This document shows positions 38,898-53,000 of a stretch of DNA of 64,000 nt, piece after piece (the stretch's first letter is position 1; the number at the start of each line of letters is the position of its first letter). The translations under genes and the position numbers were made by a program. The stretch is taken from positions 7,316,001-7,380,000 of the forward strand of contig OZ260666.1 of assembly GCA_965285935.1 (NCBI GenBank), written 5' to 3'. Under the pieces are notes generated by a model that worked only from the letters and a program-made list of their open reading frames with translations, searched no databases and had not been told where the DNA came from. Source of the stretch: Ophelia neglecta. Taxonomy: Eukaryota.

Positions 38898-41800
38898 TTT
38901 AAAAGTCATATGTGTTTAATATCATTCATGTTCAAAACAGCCTGTCGGTTATCTGTTAGGACCGAAAAATTGAATGCAGTCAGAAAAATAATAAAATCTG
39001 AATATGTTTTACACACAAGGGGAAACTTTGACAACAAACGAAACTATTATCGGCTAAGGTAGTAATAGACACTAGTTATCTTTGTTTCCAGAGAAATACT
39101 ATTTTTCCATATTTATGAACTATAAGTTACTAACAGTCAGTCCATTGTTGTAGTAAAACAAGTTTAATAGGTGTTTTATCGGTCTTTAAAATCTAGATGT
39201 GGAAAGTTTTCATCCCAATTCTTAAATAGTGCTGTATTGATAAGTTTTGTCTGGGGGTGCTCCTGGACAGTACTTATCTCTAGCAGAGTAATCTCTAGCC
39301 TTTATGTTGGGATGACGTCAATTCTTATACAATAAATGACCCCTAGATGCTGATGTATTAGAACTCATACCACGTCTTGCCACACTGACCTCTGGACGCT
39401 GCCAGAGACAGGTCTCGCGTTTGGCCAAGGGGACCACGCTTCACATCATTAGAGGTAAACAGGGCCTGTAATTTCCTGTATTCTAATTCAGGTCAGGAGG
39501 AGCTTATGATGGTTGAATGCATGCTTAATGTAGCTTCTCAATGGATCATTCCCACGAGACTCTGTGACCACGTTACCATTCACTAGGACTCATTTACCGC
39601 TCTATGGTTTACTAGACCATGTCAAGGACCGTTCCTTCGATTGGTTTAAACACACTCTATATTGATAGCCAGAAAGGTTTCGCCGGCACCAAAGTATAGA
39701 TGAAAAAATATACCTGTATATTTGCTGTGCAATTCAGTCCCTGATTAAAGAGGGATGTTTTATTCGTTCTTTCCAAATTTGGCTAATTCTATATATATAT
39801 ATCAATATACTATTCGGTCTTCGATTAAATAGGGGTGTTTTATTAGTTTTCTCCAAATGTGGCTAATTAGGGCGGCCCTAAAAGGTGGCTAATTATTGGT
39901 GTTCAAAAACGTGGCTAATTAGGGCAGTCGCAGGAAGAGCTAGGTGGGCACCAACGCTGTGAATAATCCTGATTTGCAACATCGGATACATATCAGCGCG
40001 AGCACTGATTGGCTGATAATGCCTTTGGAATGGCGAATCGCCTTTTTCGTCAATAGAAATAGAGACAGTATTGATGTTATGATCAATACTACAATTAGAT
40101 GAACACATGTTTTTGCCAAGAGTAAAGACTGGTGCTGTATCCAATTTACTTCAACTGTTTTGATATCTTTGAGAAAAAGATAATAAGGGTAAATGTCATC
40201 TGCGACAGGAGTCTATATAAAATAGCCCTAGAGCGAGAAGGGAAAACTAAAATGTAGCAAATACTGTACCACTCTCCGCTCTCCCAGGGAAGTCATAGGC
40301 TGATCACGAATTAAAATAATAAAACTCGACATTTAATGATAACAATCCACATTTCATTTGGCGTGTTGCTGCTGCTTTCACCTTCACCGTCTGCGAATTA
40401 CATCTATACATCGTCATCTGCACACCTTAAACAACAGTCGTCTATAGTCACAGATTCTCACAGTGCATGAAGGAAGGCACAAATACTATTCTTTCTCCCG
40501 ATAGTTTAACTATTTTGCCGTGTGGTCTAGTTGCCGCTCAAAATTTACATTTCATTCTAACATAAGAATGTTGTAATTTATAGCATTTATTGTAAGAATG
40601 GACCATTATATTAGTTAACAATACGAATATATACTCTGCGCTGCCCATGGACTGTACAGCTAATGACATATCATACGCACAAGATCGCCACGTCATCTAC
40701 ACGGCCATGTTTATTAGGGCCCGACAGGTTGTCGATGTATTTTACCTGCCGACATCGAAAATATTTGTTCTCTGGTAGACTATAACTAATTAGGTATCGA
40801 ATTTATCAAAGATGATGGAATAGTTTTTTTTCCATCGTCATTTATTTCAATGTGGTTAATATGCTCATATAGAGTCACGCGGCCGGGTCGCAATGGAAAC
40901 GCAATAATATTAGCCTCATTGTCGTCATAAAGAGCAGGATACAATACAGTCAGGGTAGGGATTGTGATCAACGGGAAGGTACGGTCATGACCTGCATCAA
41001 AACAGCCAAGTTACACATAACATAAGAAAAGAACATGTTATATAAGTGCGTCATCTCCTGACTGGACACCTTAAATAGCATTTCAGTGACAGCAGATGGA
41101 GATGGATCTGTTAGTAAGGGAGGCCACCTAGGCCCATCCATCATCGTGGTTGTTGTAATAGGAAGGCAGCCTGAAACTCCTACTCTCTGGGGGATGGAGG
41201 GGAGGGGCGGTCCTTAACCTCTAAAGGATCGGGAAATTATCCCTCAGGATCAACATGCGTTTTTACAACCAAAGGCAGAATCCGTTGAAAAATAGGCAAA
41301 TTCGCAGAAAACCTTCAGCTGCAAGCCAACCAGCATCAATTCCTACCTCCATAATGGTAAATAGCACTATGAAGAAATATAAGAAATAAATAAAATGTGA
41401 AATGAGACATATTTGAGAGTAGTCATTTGACTGAGGAGTGTATTTCCAGGACGTATTAGAGAACAGAATAAAACAATCAGCAGAACCACAGGCTTTACGT
41501 GAGTACTTAATAGCTTTAACAACGTTCACATGCACTCATGTACATGTACCAACGTGTAGCTGTGATACAGTCTGTTTCACATGCTCCCTTTTATTATCAG
41601 AATATCATAGACTATCCATGAATGAAACTCATGATATTATCACAAACTGTCTGTGTGTTGCAGAACGGCAGTCGAAAAATTACAATATGATCCGCTTTGA
41701 CTATTACCATTCCTGCACGTTTTGCAGTCTAACAGCTTATGACCAGGCAATAACGGTCAACGACATCATATGGGCAATTAGTATTTGTCAATCACGTAAG

Positions 41801-44800
41801 TCCAGCAGGAATAATCATTATGCATTGGGTAGAATTTTAAGTCCAAATTTGGCCTTATTCAACACAATTCCAAAGACACGTCATAAAAACTGGAGTAAAT
41901 GCAATAAAACCTGGAGTGGATACCCGGCAGACAAAACCAAATCAAGTTTCAGGAATTGTCTATTAAACTGGTCCGAAATTCCCAGGAACCAAAGCCCCAC
42001 CCACATCAATAAATCAATCTTCAACTCCCAAGCACCAAAACATGAGAGAAAAAAAAACATCACAAAAATATGTATTGATATCACTTGCAATCAAAAGTAG
42101 TAAACAGGTTTCTTTCCATGCTGCGAGCTAGATCACAAAACAAACGAGTCAGAGGTCAAAGTAGGGCAGAGCCCAAGCGGCTGACACACCAACACTCTCC
42201 ATCAGGAAAAGTTCATTAAAACACTCAAGATGAACCGGCAAATACGTGTTTGCAAAACATGAAATCAGTTACATTATTACAAACCAGATCGTAACTAAAT
42301 TAGAAATACATGAAAGTCTGTGATATGACATAATTTGCAATGAGAGATTTAAGAGTGTAATTCAAACCACAAAAAAAACGGCAAGGCAAAGAAAGAAAGA
42401 ACAAAACCATTGAACGTTCTGTACTAAAGACTTGGGGGATTCTCGGCCCGGTATCTGGGGGCATTCTTCCTTCTTTACCCCGACTTAAATTAGGATTAAA
42501 GTGCTTTATCCATCTTACTTGCTACGACGGGTTTCTGGAAGCTAAAATTGGATTCAACAAAGCAATTTAGTCTTAAACTTAGGAAACAAAAACACGAGTT
42601 CTCTGTCTTGTACGTATTGCACTGTTTATTGCTTGGATTGAAGTGGTCATCTGGCATGGTGACAGGTATGTGTTGAAATTCACGATGAAAACTAATCAGA
42701 CATGTTTCTGGTCTTGGAGGTGCTGAATGAACAGAATATTGATTCATGTAAAGTGTGATAAGAGTTGGTGGGCAGGAGAAATATCCATGACATGCTACGT
42801 ATACGGCACTCCGCACCAAATAAGCTGTACAAGGCTCTGATGTTATTCTGAGACGAACCGTAGGTCAGACTGGAGGTTTAGTTGCCGGTTTATGTGCAAA
42901 GACGACATAAATCATCATCAGAATAGTAGATGTTAAAAACGCGTTCATGTTTCAATTTAACTGAAATGAATAAACTTAACAAAAGATGGACAGTGATATG
43001 GTGTTTATTGATTAAGTATTTTAATATACTTTAATGGCGATTTCGACAATAAAGTCTGGCAAGGCTGAATTACTTACGATTGCGACACTGATAAAGGCAT
43101 TACTGTTGGACCAAGCAATTATCAAGCTGCGTAGAAAGGGGGATGGTAGATAATTCCATTGTCTGAACTCAATGAACTCAAGCGATTCTGTAGGCAATGT
43201 TATATTTTTTGCTTTTTTCAAAATTTGGTGCCCGCGAGGGGAAATAACCTGTTAAACCTTACACCCTTGTTAAATTCCTTTACCATTAAAATGTGTTCCA
43301 AACCCGTTTGTATTTATTGCCTATTGTGTGGCACTCTCCTTGCTGGAGCTGGAATGCTGGATGAAATCAAGTAGATGATAGTTATATGTTAAATATATTT
43401 CTGAACCCCAGACTAGTATTAGGAGTTTACCCAGTCAATAGCCATTGGAGAAAGAGTATATACACGGTATGTTCGGAGATTCTTTAAATCTCCTTTTATA
43501 CTTTGAAATTCCTCCAGAGCAAATTGAAATTTTAACGAAGTTAACAACAAGAGCGGAAGTTTGTTGGTGCTGCTTTGTTCCTTTGGTCAAAGAGTTCTTT
43601 GTTTAGAGAGTTTGGCAGCCACTCTAAGAGAAAATGATGACAGATAGCCGTGGGCCATTGGATCAACCAGCCATAATAAGCATGTCTGGACAGTTGAACT
43701 TAAAGAGCAGAGATGTGATGACAAGCTACGTGAGCCAAACCCAGTATGACGGCTACGATCGTCTTTGATGTTGATAAACTAGTTCATTACAGGGAGGGGA
43801 GGTGAGCAGTCAAATACATCGTGTCTGGACCTGTGAAACTGTGAGACGCCAATCAGGTCTAAATGGTCCTCTACGTGAACTGGCTGAGCTTGATGAATGG
43901 GCCTAACTGAAAAGTCATAGGTGTGACTGCGTCAACAAAGTTGCTTCTTTATTTAAGCAGTCTGCAGATGGTTATTATAATGCAATATTCACCGTTATAT
44001 TAGGGTAATTAATTTAGAAAAATCTGAACATTAGCGGTTAGGTGTTTCTCCTGTGTAACAGCTCTATTGGGTTAAACATGTGTGGGGGAGGGAAGCAGAC
44101 CGTGTACTCTCAGATAAAGTTGGTGGCAGCATCAAATCAACTGAGATTGAGAGTGCTCGGTGGCTTCGCTCGTTTTAGCTAAATGTATATATCTTCAAAA
44201 AACTGAATTATTTCTTGCTCCTTTTTATACAGGCGGTTTGGGATTACGGTTTTTTTCTACCATAGCGATTGCTTATTTTGTGTCTGCAACATAACCGTGC
44301 GTCCTCGAAATCAAATGAAACACCCTCATTACCGCTCTCCTGTCCCATAAACCCATTCCTGTGTTTAACACGAATAAGAATAATCTTATTCATTTACATC
44401 ATAAAGGATAGAAATATAAATTACCCACCGTGGACATAAAATTGCGTTTTATAATGGATCTGACTAAAAGGATATTTGCATAAATAATATTCACATAACT
44501 GATAATATTCCAACCGTTCTAAATGTACAAAATTGAGTTAGAACTTTAGCAGAAGGAATAATCATTGCGCCCTGAATAGACCAGGATGTGGTCGAGCAGG
44601 ACCATTAGGGTGGCAAATTAGGTTTAGATCATTACAACGACCCTCATTAGAGCACCTCGAGAACTGCCCTTAGGAAAAATACCAGCACGAGGTATACTGG
44701 CATTGAGGTGAAGAGGGTTCAAGTTGCCTTTCATATATGTACGTCCATTGTGCATTCCAACAATCCACATCTGCAACAAATTGTACATGATCAATGGCAA

Positions 44801-46858
44801 AACAATGAATACTACTTTAAGTAGGTCAGTGGCATATGCTTCCATGTAACCAGTAAATATAACAACGGATTCCCGTAAGTAACCAATAATGAAGTCATCT
44901 TGGTATGATTTTCTCGACATAATCATATTTCAAAGTTGTCCATTGCTTATGCTTTATGGCAAAGTGGATTGCCCCTATGTTTGCTTCAATTGTCCTACAG
45001 AGAGTACATGCAATGACCTATATTATGCTGTCGAATCGAGTACACAAGATAACAGTCACACAACTGACGTGTTATACGAGCGATGCTACATGGCCCAAAA
45101 TGGGATGCAAGGGTTTCATTCTAAATATTGATAGAAGCCTTTGGCTGTCGGCACTGTCTCTGTTTTCTTCGTGTTCACCCATACAAAATGCTTAAAGTAG
45201 CGCTATAGCCGTTAAGTAAAATAGCAAATCGATCACTTAAACGGGGGCCATTAACAAACAATTGCCCTGATTTGCCTCGGGAATTTTCTTGAATAACAGC
45301 AGACACACATAGTCAAGTCGGATGTATAACATTGCTCGGAAATTAGTAAAACAAACAATGATTTGTCTCCAATGGATGCTCTGCGCTTGCAAATAACAGA
45401 TGAATAGATGAAAATAATAACTGACAAAAACGAGAGGGTATACCTTGCATAAAAACAAAATATCTCCATTTTATCAACCATGTGCCCAGCGTCTTACAAC
45501 ACCACAGAACATTAAACCAAATTCCAACTCTTAGCTTGCGTTCGGCCTTGCAAAACAATGTCCATCGGCACTTTGTTCCTTGCATTTACTTACACCCATA
45601 TAAGGGTGAAGTGCTTATTTAAGATCTGAGGCACAATACAAGAACATTTAAAACAGCCTCGTCGTAGTCGGAAGAGGGCTAAAGCATTGCTTACAAGTAC
45701 CGAATCCATACTTATGGTGCGTAGAGGCATTCAGAGCCTACGCACATGAGCAGTATAAACAAAAACTGTCTTAGACGAACGGTGGGATGCTCAGGGGCTA
45801 CACATAATGATCAATTACATTGGCCACTTGGGTGAAGGCAATTTTGTTCCCTAGGAGATTGTAACTTCCATGTTGCCTGGAGACGGTTAGACCGTATATA
45901 TATAATCTCTTCATTGCCATATACAAGTTGAACATATTACAATTCAACGGAAATTAAAAGTGACAAAAGGGGTAGGTGAAGATACTGCAGCTTATTGGCC
46001 CCCAAGATAGTTCTACAACATTCCAGAAAAATACATTTAATACGTGGTAAGCAAGTGAGTAATATCGCAGTGTTCAGTTGGATGATTTTAATGTTAATGG
46101 TTAACATATTTACAGTGGCACAGCAACGTGGTTCTTAATCTGAATGCAAAAGAAAACATCTCTAACAACGAATCTGATATAACAATATACTACAGTGAAC
46201 ATTGGTGTGACTGGCCATCTTACGCGCAATGGAAATGAGCAGAATCCCACCAAGCTTAGCAACAGGAGATACCGACCTCCATGGCCGTAGGGCAATATTA
46301 CATCAATCTTGTATGGTTTATGATATATGAATAAATAAAACACTGGTTTTATATCATGTCTAGGACTGACAATAGGAAACACCTAGCCACTCCTCGGTTT
46401 GCTTTATAATCGTTTTATAAACTTTACCGGAATTCTTTTTGATATTTAGAAACAAGGAGACGGTTTAACTGGATATGTTATGATAGGATGCAACGTCCTT
46501 GCGTCCTGTCGAAAAAAAACACATAGCTGTCTTTTCGTAATACTGTTTGTTCTATGCCTAATCGCGTGTTCACAAGCCCAGCAGTGTGCACAGTATCACA
46601 GGACAGCATTCCGGACTTTACGATAACATGTCTTAACTAACGATATAACTTGTTTCTATATGGAAGACTGTCCCGGCAAGGAAGTCGCATAGAAAACTCT
46701 TGACAAAAAGGACATTTCCAGCTCGGGAGAATTTCCTGTATAACGGTACTGCTAAGCATTTTAATACTTGGATGAATATCCACTCCATCATATTAACCAC
46801 GGTGCTCCCTCGTGGTCAAGACCTAGCCCTTGTTCTGGGGTAGTGTGGCCACCTTATT

Positions 46859-47678
46859 AAATGCGCTAGTGGACAAGGTCATTAATTGCCCTGAGGAATT
46901 CTGGAGGACAGGGTTGTCGGATAAGGCCTTGAGTAAACACTCCAAGACTGGATCCCTCCAGACAATAAATGCACTCACCGAGGCTGGTTTCTTATACACC
47001 GCCCACGTGACAAGAAGGTCATTGTTCTCAGGGATTTACCCATATGGGCATACAAATCAACTTATAACTGTGTACATGTCTGGGGCGAAAGTTTCTTGAG
47101 TAAGTCATTTTCGAAACTTCCAAAACACGGCTAATTTGGAGAATAAATTGCTGTTGCTGATTTATAGCATATAAAGTAACTTCTAATATCAGTAATGCCA
47201 ACTACTTAACATCCATTCCATAAATATATCAATTCCAAATGGAATAAGAAAACTATACATATACATTGATCTCCATATATGTACCAGGTGACAAATGCGC
47301 TAGTGGACAAGGTCGTTAATATCCCTGAGGAATTCTGGAGGTTAGGGTTGTCTGATAAGGCCTTGAGTAAACACTCCAAGACTGGATCCCTCCAGACAAT
47401 AAATGCACTCACCGAGGCTGGTATCTTATACACCGCCCACGTGAAAAGCAGGCCATTGGTCATATGTCTGGGGCGAAAGTTTCTTGAGTAAGCCATTTCG
47501 TAACTTCAAAACCACCACGAGTTTGGTGAACAAATTGCTGCTGCTGATTTTTAGCTATCAAGTAACTTATATTATCATTAATGCCAACTACTTAACATCC
47601 ATTCCACAAATATATCAAATTCAAAATGATAAAGAAACGATACATATACATTGATTGCGATATATGTACAGGTGACAA
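46859..47678. repeat. 434-bp tandem duplication (second copy has a ~40-bp internal deletion)
   Basis: aaatgcgctagtggacaaggtc starts at 46859 and 47293. Both copies end in tatatgtac(c)aggtgaca. ORFs 46830..47099 and 47279..47491 are paralogous. Confidence 0.97.
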
Positions 47679-49780
47679 CGTCCAGACCGCAATTTCAAGC
47701 AGCAGCATTTGAAGCTAAAATCGGATTAAAAACAGGCTTAAGGTGCTCAATTGGTCTCAATTTTCTAAACGTGGTGTCTTGAAGATGAATCTGTTCTTAG
47801 TTATTCATTCGGATCAATGGGAAATTCCCAGGAGCACCGATTAGCGCCAAGTTGTAGCTAATCGCATTAGGTTAAACGAATCCCGAAACTTACAACAGCC
47901 TTTAGTAATAGGCCTAGGAGTTAAGTCAATGTTAATTGAGGAATAAATTCAAATAACCTGGTAGCATACTATACGAGGTGCGCAGTTGGCATGTACAGTA
48001 AACGAAAACCCATAAACCATGTTCTCCCAGTATATCAGATTTATAAGAGAGGGGTATAATATGTTCTTCCCGGCATGCCTAAGACGGTTCTCAGTCTAAT
48101 ATACGACCAGAACCTCAGCAATTCATACATGGAGACCTACACCGCGACTACATCAATAGGCTCCTGACATTAATAGTCTTTAGGTGAGAGAAGGTATTTA
48201 TCATGGGTATCCTACATCACCCGGGCTTGACTTCCAGGACAGTTTGGTGCTATACGGGACAATAAGCAGGATTTTATGATCGCCTAGAAGTCAAAGATCA
48301 GAGGATTACTATGAGAGGCAGTTACCGAGACTCCAAGACAAATAGCTTACATTCGTGTTCTCTGGTGTTATGGCCACTTGGGTGAATGCGTTGTTGTTGT
48401 ATAATTTTATCACTAGCCTGACTTTCATTATTTTGGCGCCTTCCTATTGCTGAATTACTGTTATTATGAGATTAGAGCGCCTTGAGACTTACACGTGCGC
48501 AAACTAACTGAACTGGTCAAGGAATGAACTTCTGAATATATATCAATCAGTTATTGAAGACTGTCACTTTAGGTGGAGAGAGGATGGTGACGTTACGTAG
48601 CTGGGATGTTTATCTTTAAGTAAAGCTATCGACATTTCAGACGCACTTTATATAATCATAAAGACAATCATTAACCTAGTGTTTGTTAATAATGATCTGT
48701 TGATTTTCTAAGCAGATTTGAATGAAGAAAACGACCGTTGTTGCTCTCCATTAGAAATCAGGTGACAAAAAACATCGGTTTTACATCTCGCAGTGACAAG
48801 GCAAAAAGCACACACTAGCACACACAAAAACATGCCATTGCATCAACCACGGTACCGCATTTAGTAAATCTTGACAGTTGAATGGACGGGAAAATGCTCT
48901 CAATTGGAGATAAATCATATAACAAAGACATCTACAATGCGAGTTGATTCAACCTGTCAGTGGTCAATGAATGGCAGCTTCACTGAGTAACTCTTAGGGG
49001 AGTCTTTTAACCTCTACACCATCTTTCAATTAAATCTTACGGCCAATGTAAGTTACAATTGGCCGGATGATCGATGGGGTAGTATAAACGCCTATAGGAA
49101 GAGCCCTTTTCTGCTTGACGGCTTTATGACTTCGAGGCGCATATAGAGCCAGGACCTGGGCCTTTGAAGGTAAATGTATAGCCACTGTTACTTACACAGC
49201 TCAGTGTGCTTCGGAAACCTTTATCATGGGGTTGGACTTGTTGTAAAATGGAGAATCAATTACTTTTGGAAAGAAATGCCATTAAATCCGCAAGCCCTAT
49301 TCCATCCGATTTAGTCTTAGCCCTTTTTAGATGTTTTGTCAATTTGCATTATATAGACAACGATGGGAAGATACATCTTGCTTTAAAAGAATATCTTTAT
49401 AAACAAAGAACCGATGCCCTACATTTTTAAAAACGTATTATGTTGTAATAGCCTTGTTTAATAAGTTTGCGAACTGATTTCAGCATTTCGTCAGACAGAT
49501 TAATTTGCTTTTAGAGTTTTGATCAAGTCGGCATATCAAATGCAGTCCTAGTGTGGGTAAGAAATTGTAATTAAATTGTAAAACCATTAAGCAGATGTAT
49601 AAGTGCCCTTAACATATTATATAAATGTTCACTAATACTTCCTATAATTTGTCTTTAGACTCAAGGGTGGACACGATGCATGATATAGGCATTTAGTATG
49701 GTGGAAGATCGTTCAAGAGACATTTCAAAAAAATATGATATTGGAAAGAAAGAGTATATACGATTGACTTATAACACAAT

Positions 49781-50014
49781 TTGGAAGTGCAAATTATTTT
49801 TGGAATTGGCTGCGAGCTGTCTTTTGGTTTGGTAAACCCAAATGGATATACATTGCAGATTGATCCAGGAACCGAATCGGTCCATTCATGGAAGAAGCAG
49901 GCTTTGTGCAGAGACGTGCTGAAATTTACAAGGGAATTTGTCCTGCACATAAGGGGTAATGAACATAGCTTTCTTCTTCCATGGAAACTACAGGAATGCC
50001 GTATCTGTGATTAA
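49781..50014 (+). mobile_element. Possible IS3EU-type (integrase-core DDE) transposase relic
   Basis: GYTLQIDPGTESVH..KQALCR...GNEHSFLL...ECRI aligns by eye with G(C/Y)PxxLRxDxGTENV..MQxFLR...GEKSFLYGxSxxNQRIE. Confidence 0.33.
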
Positions 50015-53000
50015 AAGGATCAATAAGTATGGGGCCAATATCAATATATCACCACAAGCCCGATAAGTATTCTGAAACCGAGGACACGGGGATCACAAAA
50101 AATAATAATACGACATGGGTGTATGGCCGAGGGTCAGCTAACCTGCCGTACTAACTTGCGTACTGAATTTCTATGGTACTGAAATAAAAGTTTACCTCCC
50201 ATATCTTAAACCAGTGACTACTAGGTATTGAATGGTTCAAAGAGGCATGTACACAAAATAATATCACAAACCGAATATTTTGCTCAGGCCGCAGATGTTG
50301 AAAGTGGAGTTTGACCTATCATATGTTTAACAATTTTACACCATCATATTGATCACGCTTTCTTCCATTGTGATCATGACCATCACATGTATTTCATATT
50401 TCGGTTCCCTGTTTTACGTCACTTAAGGTGTTGTTTTAATACGTTTTCCTAACCTGCCCTCTGGTATTTTATCCTACAGGGCCCCCGTAACTTAGATAGA
50501 TGGACCTGGCAAGACAAGTGTAAATTATTAAGTCCGCTTTCATAATTCATGTTACCCCGGTACTAGTTTCCTTCAACCTTGATCTATGGCCAGGGTTGTA
50601 ATTATCCTTTGACGCCTCTTTAAGCCACACAACTCCGGTGGTACTTTACTACACGACAAATGTCGCTCACCACACAGAGAGGAACCGGAGCGGACACCAG
50701 GCAGACACAACTAAATCAACGCTCCGGGATATATCTATAACAAATCACGTTACAATTATCAGGAACCGTCAACAACAGGCTCGCAAAACATAAATCCTGA
50801 ACTCGACAACAAACAAGGGCGTAAAAAAGGTGACCATTTGCATGAAAAATATTAAACCACCATATGGGTCCTGCGCATGTGTAATACGAAGATAGACAGC
50901 ACTTCTTTATTACTTATTGGGTTTGATAGGAATTATAACAGAGGGTATATTAGTCATTGGAAGCCTACCTGAAAGGGCTTTAACGTTGAAATAGTTTAAG
51001 TGAACAGTGTAGGACTGCATTGAATTTGATGTCGGTTTTATTTCAGTTCCAGGGAGTTTTCATAGGTCTCATTGGACACATACACGTATCCGTCCCCAGT
51101 AAATAGGCCACTCGAGAGTAAAGCCGCCTGTGCTCACACATAACAGAAAATAAAACCTTTTCTAGTAAATTCGCAACTTGCTAGAAAGACCTCAGGTGGT
51201 TTTGAGAATAACCACTTTAGATTAACAGCCAAAGTTTCAAAGATAAACTTACCAGAATAGTCTAGAGAATTACCTCCTTGTCTAGATGCCTTCATTATTT
51301 ATATGTATATTACCTTTAAACCCCCATACTTAGTAGAAACCTAACACAGTCCATGAAATGCCCCATTTGGCTCAAAATTACACAACACGTTTAGAATAAT
51401 GAAATATAGAAGGGGGAAGTCGATGACATTTTCTGTCCGTTCTCGAGACAGCTACCTTATATTATCAGGGACATTGAGATATCTAGACATACCTATAGTG
51501 GTACAAATAACTATGGTGATATAAAGGACAGTCCATGAAATTGAGGGAGAAAAATAGAGTGTTTCACTCGATAATCCAATACAGGCAGATTATGTCTCGC
51601 AGTAAAAAGGTCATGTAATTATTGTCAGAAGAACTACACTTGCCATATTGACTGTTAAAATTTGACCATGTTACATTCACTGATAATGGTTAAATGTCAT
51701 TTCTCTGATGGTATGAGCAGGGGAGAGTCTGGGTGTTTTATATTTGAGGGTTCAGTCAGAGACTGACCCCTTAAACTAAATTTCTCTTTAAATAGATACA
51801 GCTGGTAGTTCAGTGTGATTTACTTCGCCTGTCTCGATAATTCATGAGACAGGCCCCTTGTTCCTGCTCTCGTCCTGTTGCCGGGCCTCTGATTACCAGG
51901 AGGACGTTCGCGGAAACGATGGCAAGGGTAATATATCAACAGCACGACATGGCTATACGCTTCCCTGTGGACAACGGGAAACTATATAGATGGCTGGCTA
52001 CTAGGTCAACTGCCTCCTTAGCAGCCAACTGACTGAGTTGTTGGCGTTTCTTGGTTGTTAGTTTCTAAAGGGCCCCATGACCTAAATCGTGTGTGGTTTG
52101 GTGGGGAGGTAAAACAAAGCGCTATTTCTTCATATATTCCTTTTTTTTTCATAAACTTGGCCACTGAGGATTCCATCATGATTTCTAAAAGACTTTTAAA
52201 TGCAGTTCCATCAGGGTCAGATATTTTATTGCAAATTACATTCTTGAAATATTAAAAAGCGATTTTCCCAGAATGTTACAAATATATATCAATGCAACGT
52301 ATTCATCTATCTGATGTAAGAAAAACAAAAGATTTGTTTATGTTCTTATATCTGACCCAACCATCGGCATCAGGAAATTATATCTTTGTCTATAGGTACT
52401 AAGAAGAACCTCGGCTATAATTAGCCGATTAGTAAGCGGATACTCTAATTTAGGGAGAATTGTTATTTTGGGCGGCCAATTTTAGTTTACAAAAAAAAGT
52501 CTGCTTAAAATAAATCGCGACAAACAATTTTGCGCATACGAAAAGGAATAAAAGCGTGAAGAAAGATGTTGCGTCTCTAAGACAATTAATATGTTTCCGT
52601 TGTGCCAATTTCGAAATCATACCTAAAAACCAGTATGTTTTGTCTAGCTGGCGAATATTTATCGTGACGCCTTCCGGGGGTACACTCCAGTTTAGCGTAA
52701 TTTAGCGTAATGTTCTAGTAGATGTATGTGTTGTACGTAAAAAGTGGGCAATCTGTTAGATTTAATTATGTCAGTTGTTTAGTCAATCGTTGACTAAGGT
52801 CCATCCTGGGGTTATAAGCACACAGGGGCACTTGATATACGCCTGCCAATTTTGCCAGACCAAATACTGTCCGCCAGTCTTCTATTTTTATCGTTCGTTC
52901 GTGCGTGTTTGAGCGGAACTATGCACCTTAAATCCACAAATGTCGGCACAAATTGACCATCAGCACAACGGCCTTGATTTAAAGCCGTTCTACAGCACCC

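Noticed and set aside
41830-42100. Single-exon 220-aa CDS for ORF 41438..42100
   Set aside because: It starts at GTG and runs through intron-like sequence. Its 3' part only weakly resembles a LINE tail (LFNTIPK) and could not be assigned.
45821-48390. Dispersed repeat sharing tggccacttgggtgaa
   Set aside because: The match does not extend beyond 16 bp.
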